From NCBI GenBank assembly GCA_003990765.1, contig RBNJ01000235.1:1-35879 (forward strand): DNA of 35,879 nt, written 5' to 3'. This stretch comes from Jimgerdemannia flammicorona (taxonomy: Eukaryota). The notes beneath the pieces were generated by a model that made no database searches, had not been told where the DNA came from, and saw only the letters and a program-made list of their open reading frames with translations. Of this stretch, positions 1 to 11,756 are shown piece by piece (within the stretch, counting starts at the first letter, position 1; each line of letters starts with the position of its first letter). A program made the position numbers and the translations under genes.

Positions 1-22
1 AAAAAAAAAAAAAAAAAAAAAA
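1..22 (+). repeat. poly(A) run truncating the A1 5' LTR (possible 3' tail of a non-LTR retroelement)
   Basis: 22 A's at the window edge, followed directly by sequence matching the interior of the A1 3' LTR (~8597 onward). Confidence 0.6.
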
Positions 23-893
23 GTTAGAAGAGTTCTAGAATCTCATTCTCCAGGATAATTCAGATCAATTTCTGCAAAGATTAATCTTGATATTCTAAGG
101 CCCCAGTATTTAGGTCAGATCCCCTCAAGATCTCACCTTTGTCTTCTACTTTGTAGAGAAAAATATCATAGATTGATCTTCTTTCTGCTACTGTCAAATA
201 TATATGATAATATTACTAGTAATGATATTATCTTGCTAATTGATATGTATGAAATATATAAAATGAATAAAATGCTTACATAAATGTTCACTGATCTTAT
301 TTCCTTTGAAAACATCTCATTACTGATCTTTAGCCTTAATGATAGCAATGAAGACAAAGCCCTCAGAATTTTGAACATTTTACTTTAATTTGTTTATATG
401 ACTATTTGTTTGAATACTTGAATATTCTGATATTCTGATCTCATATAACTGTCAGAAATTATTTCAGCATTCTGATCTTATATAACCAATTGTATGAGCA
501 CTCAAATTTATACTTATAACCTAAAGTTTTCTGTATTCAAATATCTTATTTAGTTATCAAATTTTATATTTAGCTTTATATCTTAGTATTTATTGAATTA
601 TATTCTATATAAATACCCCTCTTATTTCCTTTGAAATAAAGTCAGTATTAAAACACTTAAGTATTCAAGTACCCAACTACTCAAGAGTATAAAAGTTCCA
701 GTTCTCTACTAAATTTTATACAAATAAATCTAAGAGATAATAGAATAGTTTAAAGATAAGAAGTTTAAGGACTATAAGACCTTAGAAAGGCACTTTAATA
801 GAACTTGCTTATAAGAAACTTATTATTGGTCTAAGAGATATATCTTGAAGAGAATCTGATATACTTGGAGAACTCAGCACCCACTATATAACA
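23..893 (+). repeat. A1 5' LTR (5'-truncated)
   Basis: Colinear with 8597-9480; ends ...CTATATAACA immediately before the PBS. Confidence 0.9.
608..640 (+). promoter_or_regulatory. LTR TATA box (TATAAATA 608-615) and AATAAA (635-640)
   Basis: The same pair recurs in every family A LTR (e.g. 11446-11478). Confidence 0.6.
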
Positions 894-896
894 ACT

Positions 897-914
897 TAGT
901 ACCTATTGACTGGT
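897..914 (+). other. Primer-binding site of A1 (degenerate)
   Basis: 3 nt after the LTR end; TAGTACCTATTGACTGGT vs TGGTACCTGTTGGCTGGT (A2) and TGGTGCCCATTGGCTGGT (A3). Confidence 0.75.
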
Positions 915-964
915 GATACTATTAGGATCCCTTACTTTTAAGCTAAATAATGAACAACTATCAC

Positions 965-3900
965 AATAACTACCCTGACTACAAGAGTCACCCCTGTAAG
1001 AATTCAAGACAAAATATAAATACATCTACCTATATTCTATGGATTTACTATTAAAGAGTCAATCCTGATCTTTATTGAAGACTTTGAATAATTTGTCACT
1101 ATATGAGCTCTCAATATTGAAGTATAATTAGTTCTCCTATCTATCAGCCTCAGAAAACCTATCAGAGGCAAGTTCAATGTAGCTACTATTGTTGACAATA
1201 ATACAGCCAAACTAACCAATATGAAGAACTTTCTCAGAACTACATACTATACTGAAGTGATCAAGTAAGCTCTCAAAGATCAACTCAATACTATCTGCTA
1301 AGAACTCAACAAAGATCCCAACTCATTCTATACTTAAATCTGCCACCAGATTGTCTTAACTAGCTATAATGATGTCCTCAAGAAATAGATAGCTGATTCA
1401 ATCTTCCTAAAAAGAGTCTACTATGAAATTGCTCTAATAATCTGGTCTGCCCTAGCTACTCTAACTCTTGATCAGAAAGTGGTCTTTGTACAGAGATATT
1501 AGACTACTAGATACTTTGCCAAATACTCAATGGAAAGGATAACTAGTATCAAGATAGAGCCACCAAAGCTAATTAGTATCATACCCACCACAGCCCTTAA
1601 CAGACAATCATCCCTACCTACCCCCAAGATAGCCAAAGCTGACTCTATCCAGCAGTTTGCCAAGATGACTGCACATCTTAGTAATATTGTTAGAGAAGTA
1701 CAAAGTACCAATAGGAGACCAGTATAGAGGTTTGTAGCTACTATAGATAAATGTACTATTATATACTTCAAATATAGAGAAGAAGGCCACTATGTAAAGA
1801 ATTGTATAACTGAAATAAGGTATAAAGCCCAACTAAGTGATACTATCAGAATTAAAGAACAAACCAATACAGTAGTCATTGAAGAGATTAGTGATACTGA
1901 TGATGAAGAATACTATAAGGAGTCTGAATTCTACTCTATTACTGAAGATACCAAAACCTAGTCTAAGCTCTATGATAAGAAGAGCAACAGCAAGCCAGTT
2001 AGAAGACCAAAAAAGATCCCAACTATCACTATTCAAAGTAAGACCCAATCTGAGGAGATTGATCAAGATATAAGTTAGATGAAGCTGTCTGCTAAATTAT
2101 TAAAGATACTACTCCAGTCTTAGAAGTAAAAGCAAGAAAGAACAGAAGCTGTATAAGACCAAGGTCCATCAGTATGATATCTACAAGGACCTCAAGGAAC
2201 AGAAGGTCAATGCTACTTTTGGACAACTAGCAGAAGTCCTCACCTTCAGATAGTATTTGAGAGCAGAACTTACAACTATTGTTAAGAACCAAGAGTACAA
2301 GATCATAGAAGCTCACAATGTACAAGAAGATGAACAAGAAGACTTAGATAAATAATCTGAAGATCAGTATAAGACCTCAACCTATACTCAATGTCAGATT
2401 GAAGATTATATCTTTGATGCTATCATTAATACTAGTACTGGAGAATACCTTATGAGTAAGAAGACAATTGACTGCCTAGGCTGGGATATTGAAGAATCTA
2501 TCAAAATAGTCTATATTACAGCAGATAGTATATGAGTTACTCCTCTAGGCAAGATCTGAGAAGTCTCTATCAAGATCAGAGGAGCTACTATTTTAGTAGA
2601 TGTGATCATTATAAGTGCTACCAACTATGACATCCTCATTAGTAATCAATAACTTCACAAGGCCTAAGCTGTCATTGATCTCAATGTCCAGAAGATGCAG
2701 ATCAACTATAGAGAAAGAAAGATATGAGTCTCTATCAATGTCCAAAAGAGTACTATCAAACATAGAGAAAGGAGATGAAGAGAATACAGAAGTCATCATA
2801 TACTCAGTATATAAGAATAAAAATAAGACAACTAAGCTCACAGATGAGCAGTAATACAATAAGATCATCAATGGCTATACCTCTCAAGAAAGATGTCCCT
2901 ATAGTGCTAAGATGTACTACTCCAAACACCTAAACGACTACTGGTTCTGTATCAATAAAGTTAGAAAAATCTATCAACAAAGGTGTAAGTAAGAAGTAGC
3001 TAAAGTAAAAAAGAAAGCTAAAAAAGATGACTAGCCCTCAGAGCTTCAAGCTGATAGTGATGATGAGGAGAAATAAGAATCAGACATCACTCTTAAGGTT
3101 AAGAAGTTTTACCCCAAAGCTAAGATCCCAGAATACAAGAATAAAGAAGCTATAGAAATAGACCTTACTAGCACCTAAGATGCTATCCTTGAACCATAGA
3201 CCACCACTCTACTTGGTACTGGAATTGGAGTCAAGTTACCAGAGAACTAAACTAGAATTATCAAGACCAGGAGCAGTCTGGCCAAGAGTAAAATCTCAGT
3301 TGAAAGAGGAGTCATTGACTTTGATTACACTGGTGAGATCTTTTTTATAATCAGAAATCACAACTCTACTACTCTATTTGAAGTCAAGCAGCATGACAGA
3401 ATTGGCCAGATGCTGATCCATGAAGTCAAGAAGTCTAAGATCACTGAAGCCATCAAACTCATCAAGACTAAAAGAGAAGAACAAGGCTTTGGATCTACTG
3501 AAAGAGAAGCCTATACTGATACCAAGATTACTGAACTCAAGTACAAAAATGACAAGAACCAGAATAAGTACATATATACTATTGGAGAAAACTTTCTTCT
3601 AGAAGAACAACTTCTTAAGATCCTATATCAGATAAAGGAGTACTCACTACAGACTTTAGAGATATCTACAATTAAGAACCCAAGTACTATTATAAAGTTG
3701 ACACTAGTGATACCAAGCCTATCTACCAGAAAGCCAGACCCATACCACCTGTCTACAGAGAATGGCTGTAAGCAGAACTCAAGAAAATAGAAGAAGCTAG
3801 TATCATTAAACAAGCTATCAGCCCCTGGGCTTCACTCATTGTCCTCACCCTAAAGAAAGGAAACAAGCCTGGAGAGTTTGCTTCAAGACTCTATATTGAT

Positions 3901-4989
3901 TACAGAAAGCTCAATATAATTATCAAGAAGGATAGACAGTCCTTACCAAATATTCAAGAAATCTTTACTACTCTTAGAAGTAAAGCCAAATACTACACTA
4001 CCTTAGATCTGTTCTCAGGCTTCTATCAGATTGATCTCACTCAAGATACTAGTGAGAAATCAACCTTCATTACACCTGATGTCACCTATGTCTATCTGTG
4101 AATGTCATTTGGAATATATAATATCTCTGCAAGTTTTCAGTAAATTATAAATAGAGTCTTCAGTAATGAAATTGGAAAATAGCTCTTTGTCTATATTGAT
4201 GATGTGATTATCTTCAGCAATACTGTATGGAAACATATCAACCATATATAGCTAGCTCTCAAGAAGCTCAGAAAGCATGGCCTCTATATAAAGCCCAAGA
4301 AGTATAAGTTTGTAGCTCAAGAAATTACCTATCTAGGATACATCATCAATTAGACTGGAATTCAAATAGATTTTATGAAGATTGCAGCTGTTGTAGTCTA
4401 CTCAAGACTCCAAACAACTACAGAAGTCCATGTCTTCCTTAGACTGGCCTCCTATACAGAAGATTTATCAAAGAATACTCCAACATTATAGTACCTATCT
4501 ATGAGCTACTAAAGAAGAAGATCAAATTCAAATAGATCAAAGAATGTCAAGAAATCTTCAATAAACTCAAGATCAGATTGGAATCTAGAATTCATCCTGC
4601 AGACAGATGCAAGTGCTATAGGACTTAGAGCAGTGCTAGCTCAGAAGAAAGATGGACATAAATATGTCATCTCTTATGCAAGCTAAGATACCCATAAAGT
4701 AGAATAGAACTACAAGTCATATAAGCTTAAATACTTAGTAGTAGTCTGGGTAGTAGATAAGTTCCACTACTATCTAGTCAAGAAATACTTCACTATTCAA
4801 ACAGACCATTCTGCTCTTGTCTAGCTATTCTATATTCTGAACTTTAAAGGAATATATATCAGATGGATCTACAGACTGCAAGAGTATAACTGTACTATCA
4901 AATACTACCCAGAAAGAACTAATATCAATACTGATGTACTCTTAAGGACACTCCAAAATATCTCCATCAAGACTATTTGATATGAATAA
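965..4989 (+). pseudogene. A1 Gag-protease-dUTPase-RT-RNase H polyprotein pseudogene (start approximate)
   Basis: Degenerate zinc knuckle ~1765, PR AIINTS ~2420, RT IDYRKLN / LDLFSGF / VYIDDVIIFS ~4190, RH QTDASAIGL ~4600, TDHSAL ~4800; many stops. Confidence 0.9.
3088..3502 (+). pseudogene. dut: dUTPase domain within A1 pol
   Basis: RSSLAK, GVIDFDYTGEI, DRIGQML, REEQGFGST match trimeric dUTPase motifs II-V. Confidence 0.9.
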
Positions 4990-5772
4990 AGAGCTATACC
5001 ATAGATTAATCAGCTATCTTGAGCAGTAGAAGATGCTCAACAACCTCAAACTCTGGACTATTACTATCATTAACTGAACTTGGAAATATTTGAACTAGAT
5101 AACACCATACTCAGAAAAGGAGGAAAGTTCATTATATCTAAATATAAGAAGTATCAAGTAATGAAAGAAGTATACTAACAATGATACCTAAAAGGAACTA
5201 ATATATATAACAAGGTAAGAAGAACTATGTGGTGATCTAAGATAGAAGAAAATCTATACCAATTTGTCAAAGAGTATGATAAGTACTAAAAACAGAAACA
5301 AGATCAGCAAGACCAGGTACCTGGATTATCAAGAATTGAACCTATCCCCTTCTACTACATTACAATGGACATCATTGGACCACTATCAGTAACTCTATCA
5401 GAAAACTACTATATTATAGTTATTATAGATCTCTTTACTAAATAGATAGAAGTAGACATATTACAAGAAGTTAATATTCTCTCTATTGCTGACTTTAAAT
5501 CATCTGCCACTATAAGATACCAAGACAAATTAATACAGACCATAGCACAGAATTTATCAATAGATTTTATAAAATAATATATCAGAAATACAAAATTCAG
5601 TATATCAAGACTACTATATTACTCTCAAGAAAATGGATAGATAGAAAGAACAAACAAGACCCTCAAGAACATTCTGGCCAAGATCTCAGACATATATAAA
5701 AATTAGGATAACTATCTCCCAACTACTCTCTCTGTTCTATGAGATATATAGTCACATAGTATATACTTTATC

Positions 5773-7779
5773 TGTAAGCACACAACCTCTAAGCCACTGA
5801 AATCATACATCACTCTCTGAACAAGCCATTGAAATTACATGTGACCTCTGAACAAATCTAGAAATCACCTGCAAGATCATGAAGCTGAGTGAAACTGAAG
5901 TCACAGCATATAAAGCTAAGTTAATATGAAGTTATAGAATACAAAAATTATACAAATAGGATCTTATCAATTAGGACCAAATGCCTATATCAAGCACTAA
6001 GATATGTTGAAATAGAGAACTACAACAAACCAAACAAACAATTCCAACTTCTAAACATATATACAAACATGACCACTGATATCTACAACTGCATCCATAC
6101 TGACATTTGAAATGCCATTGTCAACTGAGCCACACCTCCTCTGCCCCTCATGAATATCTATAGCTTAGCACCCCTCTACATCATGGAAGCCTGATAGAAT
6201 ATTCTGAATATACTTAGCAAAGTCCACTGAATCAGACAAATCTCAAGCTACTACCAGATCAGCTGTCTCCTAGAAGACATGGTTGAATATTACTACAATA
6301 TAGACATTTTCCAGATATCTCAATATCAGAAGCTTATTACTTGCAAATACCAAGAACTCTTTTATGAGTATAGCACTATTATTTCCTATCTCTGAGTTAC
6401 TACTACCAATATAGTTGCTACTCTATTCTATGGCCAAATTGATAATATGATATAAGAACTCAACCACAAGTATATTGAGTATATTCAAACCACAGACAGA
6501 ACCTTCTCATACCCCAATGACTATATCTTGCAAATGCTCTAAGTTGGATATACCATGAAGGACATTTATGATATAATCCAGTTCGATAACAATGAAGCAG
6601 AAGACAACAATCTCTCCAACACTGACATAATCTCAAGCCAAGGATCTCTGCTAATCCTGATCACCCTACCAATTTTGCTGATGAACTTACAATAGTTTAT
6701 AATCACCTATGAGACTTATTGGAACAATGATCACTAGTATAAGTATCAACTAATATTTATCTCTAATTACTTTAACTATAATGAAGAGACCAGAGAATAT
6801 AATCTATATCTTCAGACAACCCTCAAGATCAAACCAACAACTCCACCACTCAAGTATAAGCAATATGAAGTACAACTGCCAGTATACTACAACTCTGCAA
6901 CTCATAGCACTATAACTTATAGAAGGTATGCAGACAGCAAATCTGATGAAAGTGAAGATGATACACTCTTTCTTCACCCACCAACTCCTTATCCAGTATA
7001 TGAGACAGATGATACTATCCTATGAGATAGTGATGAAGTTTCAATATATTATTACCTCAACATATAAGGAAAAGTAATCCATAAATAACTCTTTTTAGAT
7101 AACTACTTCATCAGAGATAATATCATCAATAGTGATATCATCAAAGACTACCCAGATAGTGTTTAAATCTATAGATAGTCTAGCAGTCATAGTATAGTTA
7201 GATTAGCCTTATACTATATGACTGCATTCCAACTTAGCAAGGCACTAAGTGCTATATCTATATCTAGCCTAGTCTAGATAGCCTCTCACTAGTATAAATA
7301 TCCCCTCCCCCAGACCTCAGAATCTCAGACTTGAATACATAAGAACATTTCTAAGCACTTCTCCACAATATTCCTTCATATAACTACTACTAGTATAGCA
7401 ATATTATAAATAGCAAATAAACCTATTTAATAACCCACAAACCACTCTTAAGTAAATCTACTCTCCATTAGATCCTACTCCTAACCCTATCATGGAATTT
7501 CCTAATTGGGTATTGTCTATAGCGATATATCAATTCAACTAAGCTAGTCTTAGTTTCTTAAACTTCCTGAAATATGGAAAATCCTGAACATCCAGAACTA
7601 GTCTGAAAAAAGACTTTGGTTGAGACATTAATTTGATCTTGAAATCAATAAGTATAGAGGATGTACTCTATATGAAATTGATCTTGACCTTAAGAAAATA
7701 GTCTTCCAGAATATCCAGAACTTCCAGAAAATCTTTACAGAACTATGTAATAGTTACCCTAACAAGTAACCCTCTTATA
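5773..7779 (+). mobile_element. Solo LTR of a third family (C), ~2.0 kb
   Basis: Absent from the colinear A3 integrase; termini TGTAAG...CTTATA (= CTTACA with C>T); flanks TTATC/TTACT fit a 5-bp TSD of TTACC in the empty site; TATAAATA 7293-7300 and AATAAA 7416-7421. Confidence 0.8.
6069..7167 (+). pseudogene. Accessory ORF3 homolog inside solo LTR C (3' end approximate)
   Basis: Reads MTTDIYNCIHTDI(R)NAIVN(R)ATPPLPL...SYYQISCLL...QKLITCKYQELF when transition-derived stops are reverted; aligns with the family A LTR ORF. Confidence 0.7.
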
Positions 7780-8179
7780 TTACTCCAAGAGAACTACTCT
7801 TTAGAGAAGATTCTGATTGATAGATTGACTTAGAAATCTGAAGACTATACTAAATTAGGAAGAAGACAGAAGATTATATTATCAAGTTATAAGAATTAAT
7901 AAGAAAGAATGCAGAAAAGAATCACAAGACCCTAGAACCCATTCAAATTGGAGAAAAGGTCCTACTGTATTAAAATATAGTAGAAGCCTTATAATTATAA
8001 AAACTGAAACCCAAATAGAAAGAACTCTTCTATATATAAGATATCAAAAGAACTACCTTCTGACTTAGAAAACTCTCAGAGACCATACTATCTACTATGA
8101 TATACAGAAACAGACTCAAGAAGTATCATGAATCTATATAAGGTCCAGGAATCACCAAGACTTCTCAGTTCAAGAAAGG

Positions 8180-8968
8180 ATGTTCCAAGATATCAGGAGA
8201 GCTATGAGAACCTATATTAGAAGGATTTCTAGTCTTAATATAGGTATTAGTAATTCTTACTACTTTACTCTCTACTGCTATAAAATAGAGATAAGAATTA
8301 CTACTGCTACCAAATATCTCTGAATGTAGTAGAAATATAAAATATAAAACCTCCTCTATTGGGAATTCTCTCAGGCCAGCCTCCAAGAGATATAAGATAA
8401 TACCTCTATAGATATATATAAATTGAGGATAGCCAAAAAGATTCATCAGGTCTTCAGATATGCACCTTGGTCACTCTCCAACTTGGAGTATATCAGAGTC
8501 TCAGACTTTAAGAAATTATCAGCCTACTATACAGATGTACCTGAAGTCATGATAGCTATAGAAGTCCAATCTACCATCACTCTCAAAAGTGATAAGGTAG
8601 AAGAATTCTGAAATTCCATTCTTTAGGACAATCTAGATCAATTTCTGCAAGAATTAATCTCAGTATTTCAAGGCTCCAGTATTCAGGTCAGACCTCCTCA
8701 AGATTCTACCTTTATTCTCTACTTTATAGAAGAAAACATTATAGATTGAAGAGCTCCTGATCTCCTTCCTACTACTATTGAACATGATGACATCACTGGC
8801 AATTATGTTATCCTGTTAATTGATATGTACAAAATATATGAAACAAATGAAATACTTACAGAAACATTTACTGACCTTATTTTCTTTGAAGACATCCTAT
8901 CTTTGATCTCTAGTCTTAATGACAGTAATGAAGATGAAGCCTATAGGATTTTGAACATTCTACTCTAA
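8180..8968 (+). pseudogene. Accessory ORF3 in the A1 3' LTR (~262 codons)
   Basis: Same frame at start, middle and end: MFQDIRRAMR...RIAKKIHQVFRYAPWSLSNLEYIRVSDFKKL...ILNILL*; internal stops are transition-type. Confidence 0.78.
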
Positions 8969-9480
8969 TTTATATATATATAACTATTTATTTGAATACT
9001 TGAATATTCCAGTATTCTGACCTTATATAACTTTCAGAAATTATTCCAGCATTCTGATCTTGTATAACTAATTATATAGGCACTCAAATTTGTACTTATA
9101 ATCTGAAGTTTTCTGTATTCAAATATCTTATTTAGGTATTAAATTTTATATTTAGCTTTATATCTTAGCAATTATTGATTTATATTCTATATAAATATCT
9201 CTTTCATTTCCTTTGAAATAAAGTCAATATTAAAACACTCAAGTATTTAAGTACTCAACTACTCAAGAGTATAAAAGTTCTAGTCCTCTACTCAATTCCA
9301 TATAAGTAAATCTAAGAGATAACAAAACAGTTTAAAGATAAGAAGTTTGAGGACTATAAGATCTTGAAAAGGTACTCCAATAAGAACTTACTTATAAGAA
9401 ACTTATAGTTGGTCTAAGAGATATATATATCTTGAAGAGAATCTAATATACTTAAAGATCTCAGTACCCACTATATAATA
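8181..9480 (+). repeat. A1 3' LTR (start inferred at TGTT after purine tract AAGAAAGGA)
   Basis: Matches 23-893 over its 3' part and ends CTATATAATA; 5' boundary is inference. Confidence 0.7.
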
Positions 9481-10179
9481 ATATATATATTTGAGTAGTT
9501 ATAATAGTTTTAGTTTCTATATAAGGAAATAATAAATCTAAAATTTTCTAATAGATCTAAAGTAGCTTAAAGAGATATATACTTAAAGGTTTAAGTAATC
9601 TTTCTGAGCTTTATTTAAGTAGATAAAGGAGATATTTATATAAGATCTAAAGAAGAATTCAGATTAATCTTAAAAATAAAAATAAAAAAATAAAAAAAAG
9701 ATAGTTTTAATAAAAGATAATTAATATAATTTTATAATATTTTAAGAAGTTTTATAACTGATACTTAGTGCTAAAAAAAGACAAAAATATTTTAGTAAAG
9801 TTTTAGTATTAAGAAAGAATTTTTAAATATTTAAAAAATACTAAAACATTATAAAAATAGACTATAACTAAGATATAACTAAGAAATTATTAAATCTCTC
9901 TTTTTTTAAAAATTAATATTCTTATTAAATTCTAAAATTATATAAAAATAACTATACCTAACTAAAATTTCTCAAACTTATATAAAATATCACTATAAAG
10001 AGTTAGTTACTTCATTAAAATAAAACTAAAAGCTTAGTAACTAGAAGTTTGAACTTTATAAAGAGTAATTTTTATATATTATAATAAGTATACACTATAG
10101 TATAGCTAGATAATATATATATAAAGAATACTTAATATATATAGTTATCTTATATAGTTACTTATATATTACAATTTAT
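9481..10179. other. Extremely AT-rich spacer between A1 and A2, probably a heavily deaminated repeat relic
   Basis: Very few C/G, TA-rich, no ORF in the track. Confidence 0.5.
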
Positions 10180-11684
10180 TATAATAGTGACCTCAGAATG
10201 ATGACATCAGTACAAGAGTCAGCCTTTCCTTATAAGTCACCAGATTGGAATACAAGAAGATCATATGGCATAACTCAGGCTATAAGATGAGTAATGGTGA
10301 CCAACTATGAGTCATTGTGACCACAGTTTAGGCATTTTGAGAAATATAAAAGAAGGATCAAGAAACTACAGTAGTAGCAACCAATAAGACCCACTAATTC
10401 CAAAATAGCTCAAAGACTTACCACAAATGAAATATCTGCTACTTGCTAAACCTTAAGGTCAAGGAACTACCAAGGTATCTCAGTTGAAGAAAGAATGTTC
10501 CAAGATATCAGAGGAGCCATGAGGACCCATATAAGAAGAACTCCTAGCCTCAACCTGAGTACTGTAGATCCTTATCACTTTATCCTCTACTGCTATAAAA
10601 TGGAAACAAGGATCACCATTGCTACCAAATATCTCCAAATATGGCAGGAGTATGAAATAGAAAACCTTCTCTGCTGGGAGTTCTCACAGGCCAGCCCCTA
10701 AGAATTACAAGACATCACTCTCATGGATATACAAGAAGCAAGGATAGCTAAGAAGATTCATCAGATCTTCAGACATATACCATGGTTGATCTCTAACTTG
10801 GAGTATATTAGAGTCTCAGATTTCAGAGATCTGTCAGTCTATTATATCAATGTACTAGAAGCCAGAGTGACTACAGAAGCCCAGTCCACTATCACCCTCA
10901 ATAGTGATAAAGTAGAAGACTTCTGGCATCTCATCCTCTAGAACAACTCAGATCAATTTCTGTAAGGATTAATCTCAGTATTCTAAGGCCCAAGCATCTA
11001 GGTTAGATCTCTTCAAGACCCTACATTTATTACTTATTTTGTATAAGAGAACCTCATAGATTGGAGAGCCCCTGATTTTCCCACTGCCAAACATAATGAT
11101 GTCATTGGTAATAATGTCATCTTATGCAATATACATAAAGCATACAAAATGCACAATCTATGTGATAAGACTAAAATGTTCATGGATCTTATCTTCTTTG
11201 AGGACAGTGATGATGAGGATGAAGCCCCTATGGTCCTGAACATTCTGCTCTAAGTCTCTTAGTTACACTGAATTATGCCAGCATCCTTTTCCTATATAAT
11301 AGCTATTTCTCCATTAGCATTCTGAATCTGTGCAATCATCTATACTGACCCTGAAACTTGGCGGTTTTCTGTGTTCCAGCATTTTATTTGATTATTGGAA
11401 TTTATATTTAGCTTTATATCTTAGCAACTATTGAATTATATTTTGTATAAATATTCTTCTTATTTCCTCTGAAATAAAGTCAGTTTTAGTTCACTTATAC
11501 ACAATCTCTTGCAAGCAATATAAAGAGATAATAAGACAGTTTAAAGATAAGAAGTTTGAGGACTATAAGACCTTAAGAAGACACTCTAATAAGAACTTGC
11601 TTATAACAAACTTGAGTTAGTCTAAGAGATATACCTTAAAGAGAATCTGATATATTTGAAGGACTCAGCAACTACTATATGACA
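10180..11684 (+). repeat. A2 5' LTR (1505 bp)
   Basis: Starts TATAATAGTGACCTCAGAATG (= TGTAACAGTGACCCCAGAATG of A3); ends ATGACA. Confidence 0.9.
10495..11253 (+). pseudogene. Accessory ORF3 in the A2 LTR
   Basis: Track ORFs 10495-10701 and 10723-10941 share a frame that continues to ...MVLNILL* at 11253. Confidence 0.8.
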
Positions 11685-11687
11685 ACT

Positions 11688-11705
11688 TGGTACCTGTTGG
11701 CTGGT
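11688..11705 (+). other. Primer-binding site of A2
   Basis: TGGTACCTGTTGGCTGGT, 3 nt after the LTR CA. Confidence 0.8.
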
Positions 11706-11756
11706 AATTCAAGATGAATCCCTCACTTTCAAGCTGAAAAACAAACAACTACCACA

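Larger units (their letters stand above)
4982..8140 (+). pseudogene. A1 integrase pseudogene (own ATG, MNKELY...), interrupted by solo LTR C at 5773-7779
   Basis: MDIIGPL ~5365, TDHSTEF ~5535, ERTNKTLK ~5645; resumes at 7780 and ends ...RNRLKKYHES. Confidence 0.88.
23..9480 (+). mobile_element. Ty3/Gypsy LTR retrotransposon, family A copy 1 (degenerate; contains solo LTR C)
   Basis: Direct repeats 23-893 vs ~8597-9480, PBS, and gag-PR-dUTPase-RT-RH-IN order homologous to copies A2/A3. Confidence 0.93.

Noticed and set aside
965..4989. Alternative genetic code or readthrough explaining the many in-frame stops
   Set aside because: Stop positions differ among copies and correspond to CGA/CAA/CAG/TGG in others, so they are mutations
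5773..7779. TIR DNA transposon or captured host gene
   Set aside because: Only ~6-bp TG..CA-type termini, 5-bp TSD, LTR-like TATA/poly(A) layout and an ORF homologous to the family A LTR ORF; no transposase motif
9481..10179. Identifiable transposase relic or centromere element
   Set aside because: No motif could be read convincingly; AT richness is explained by deamination
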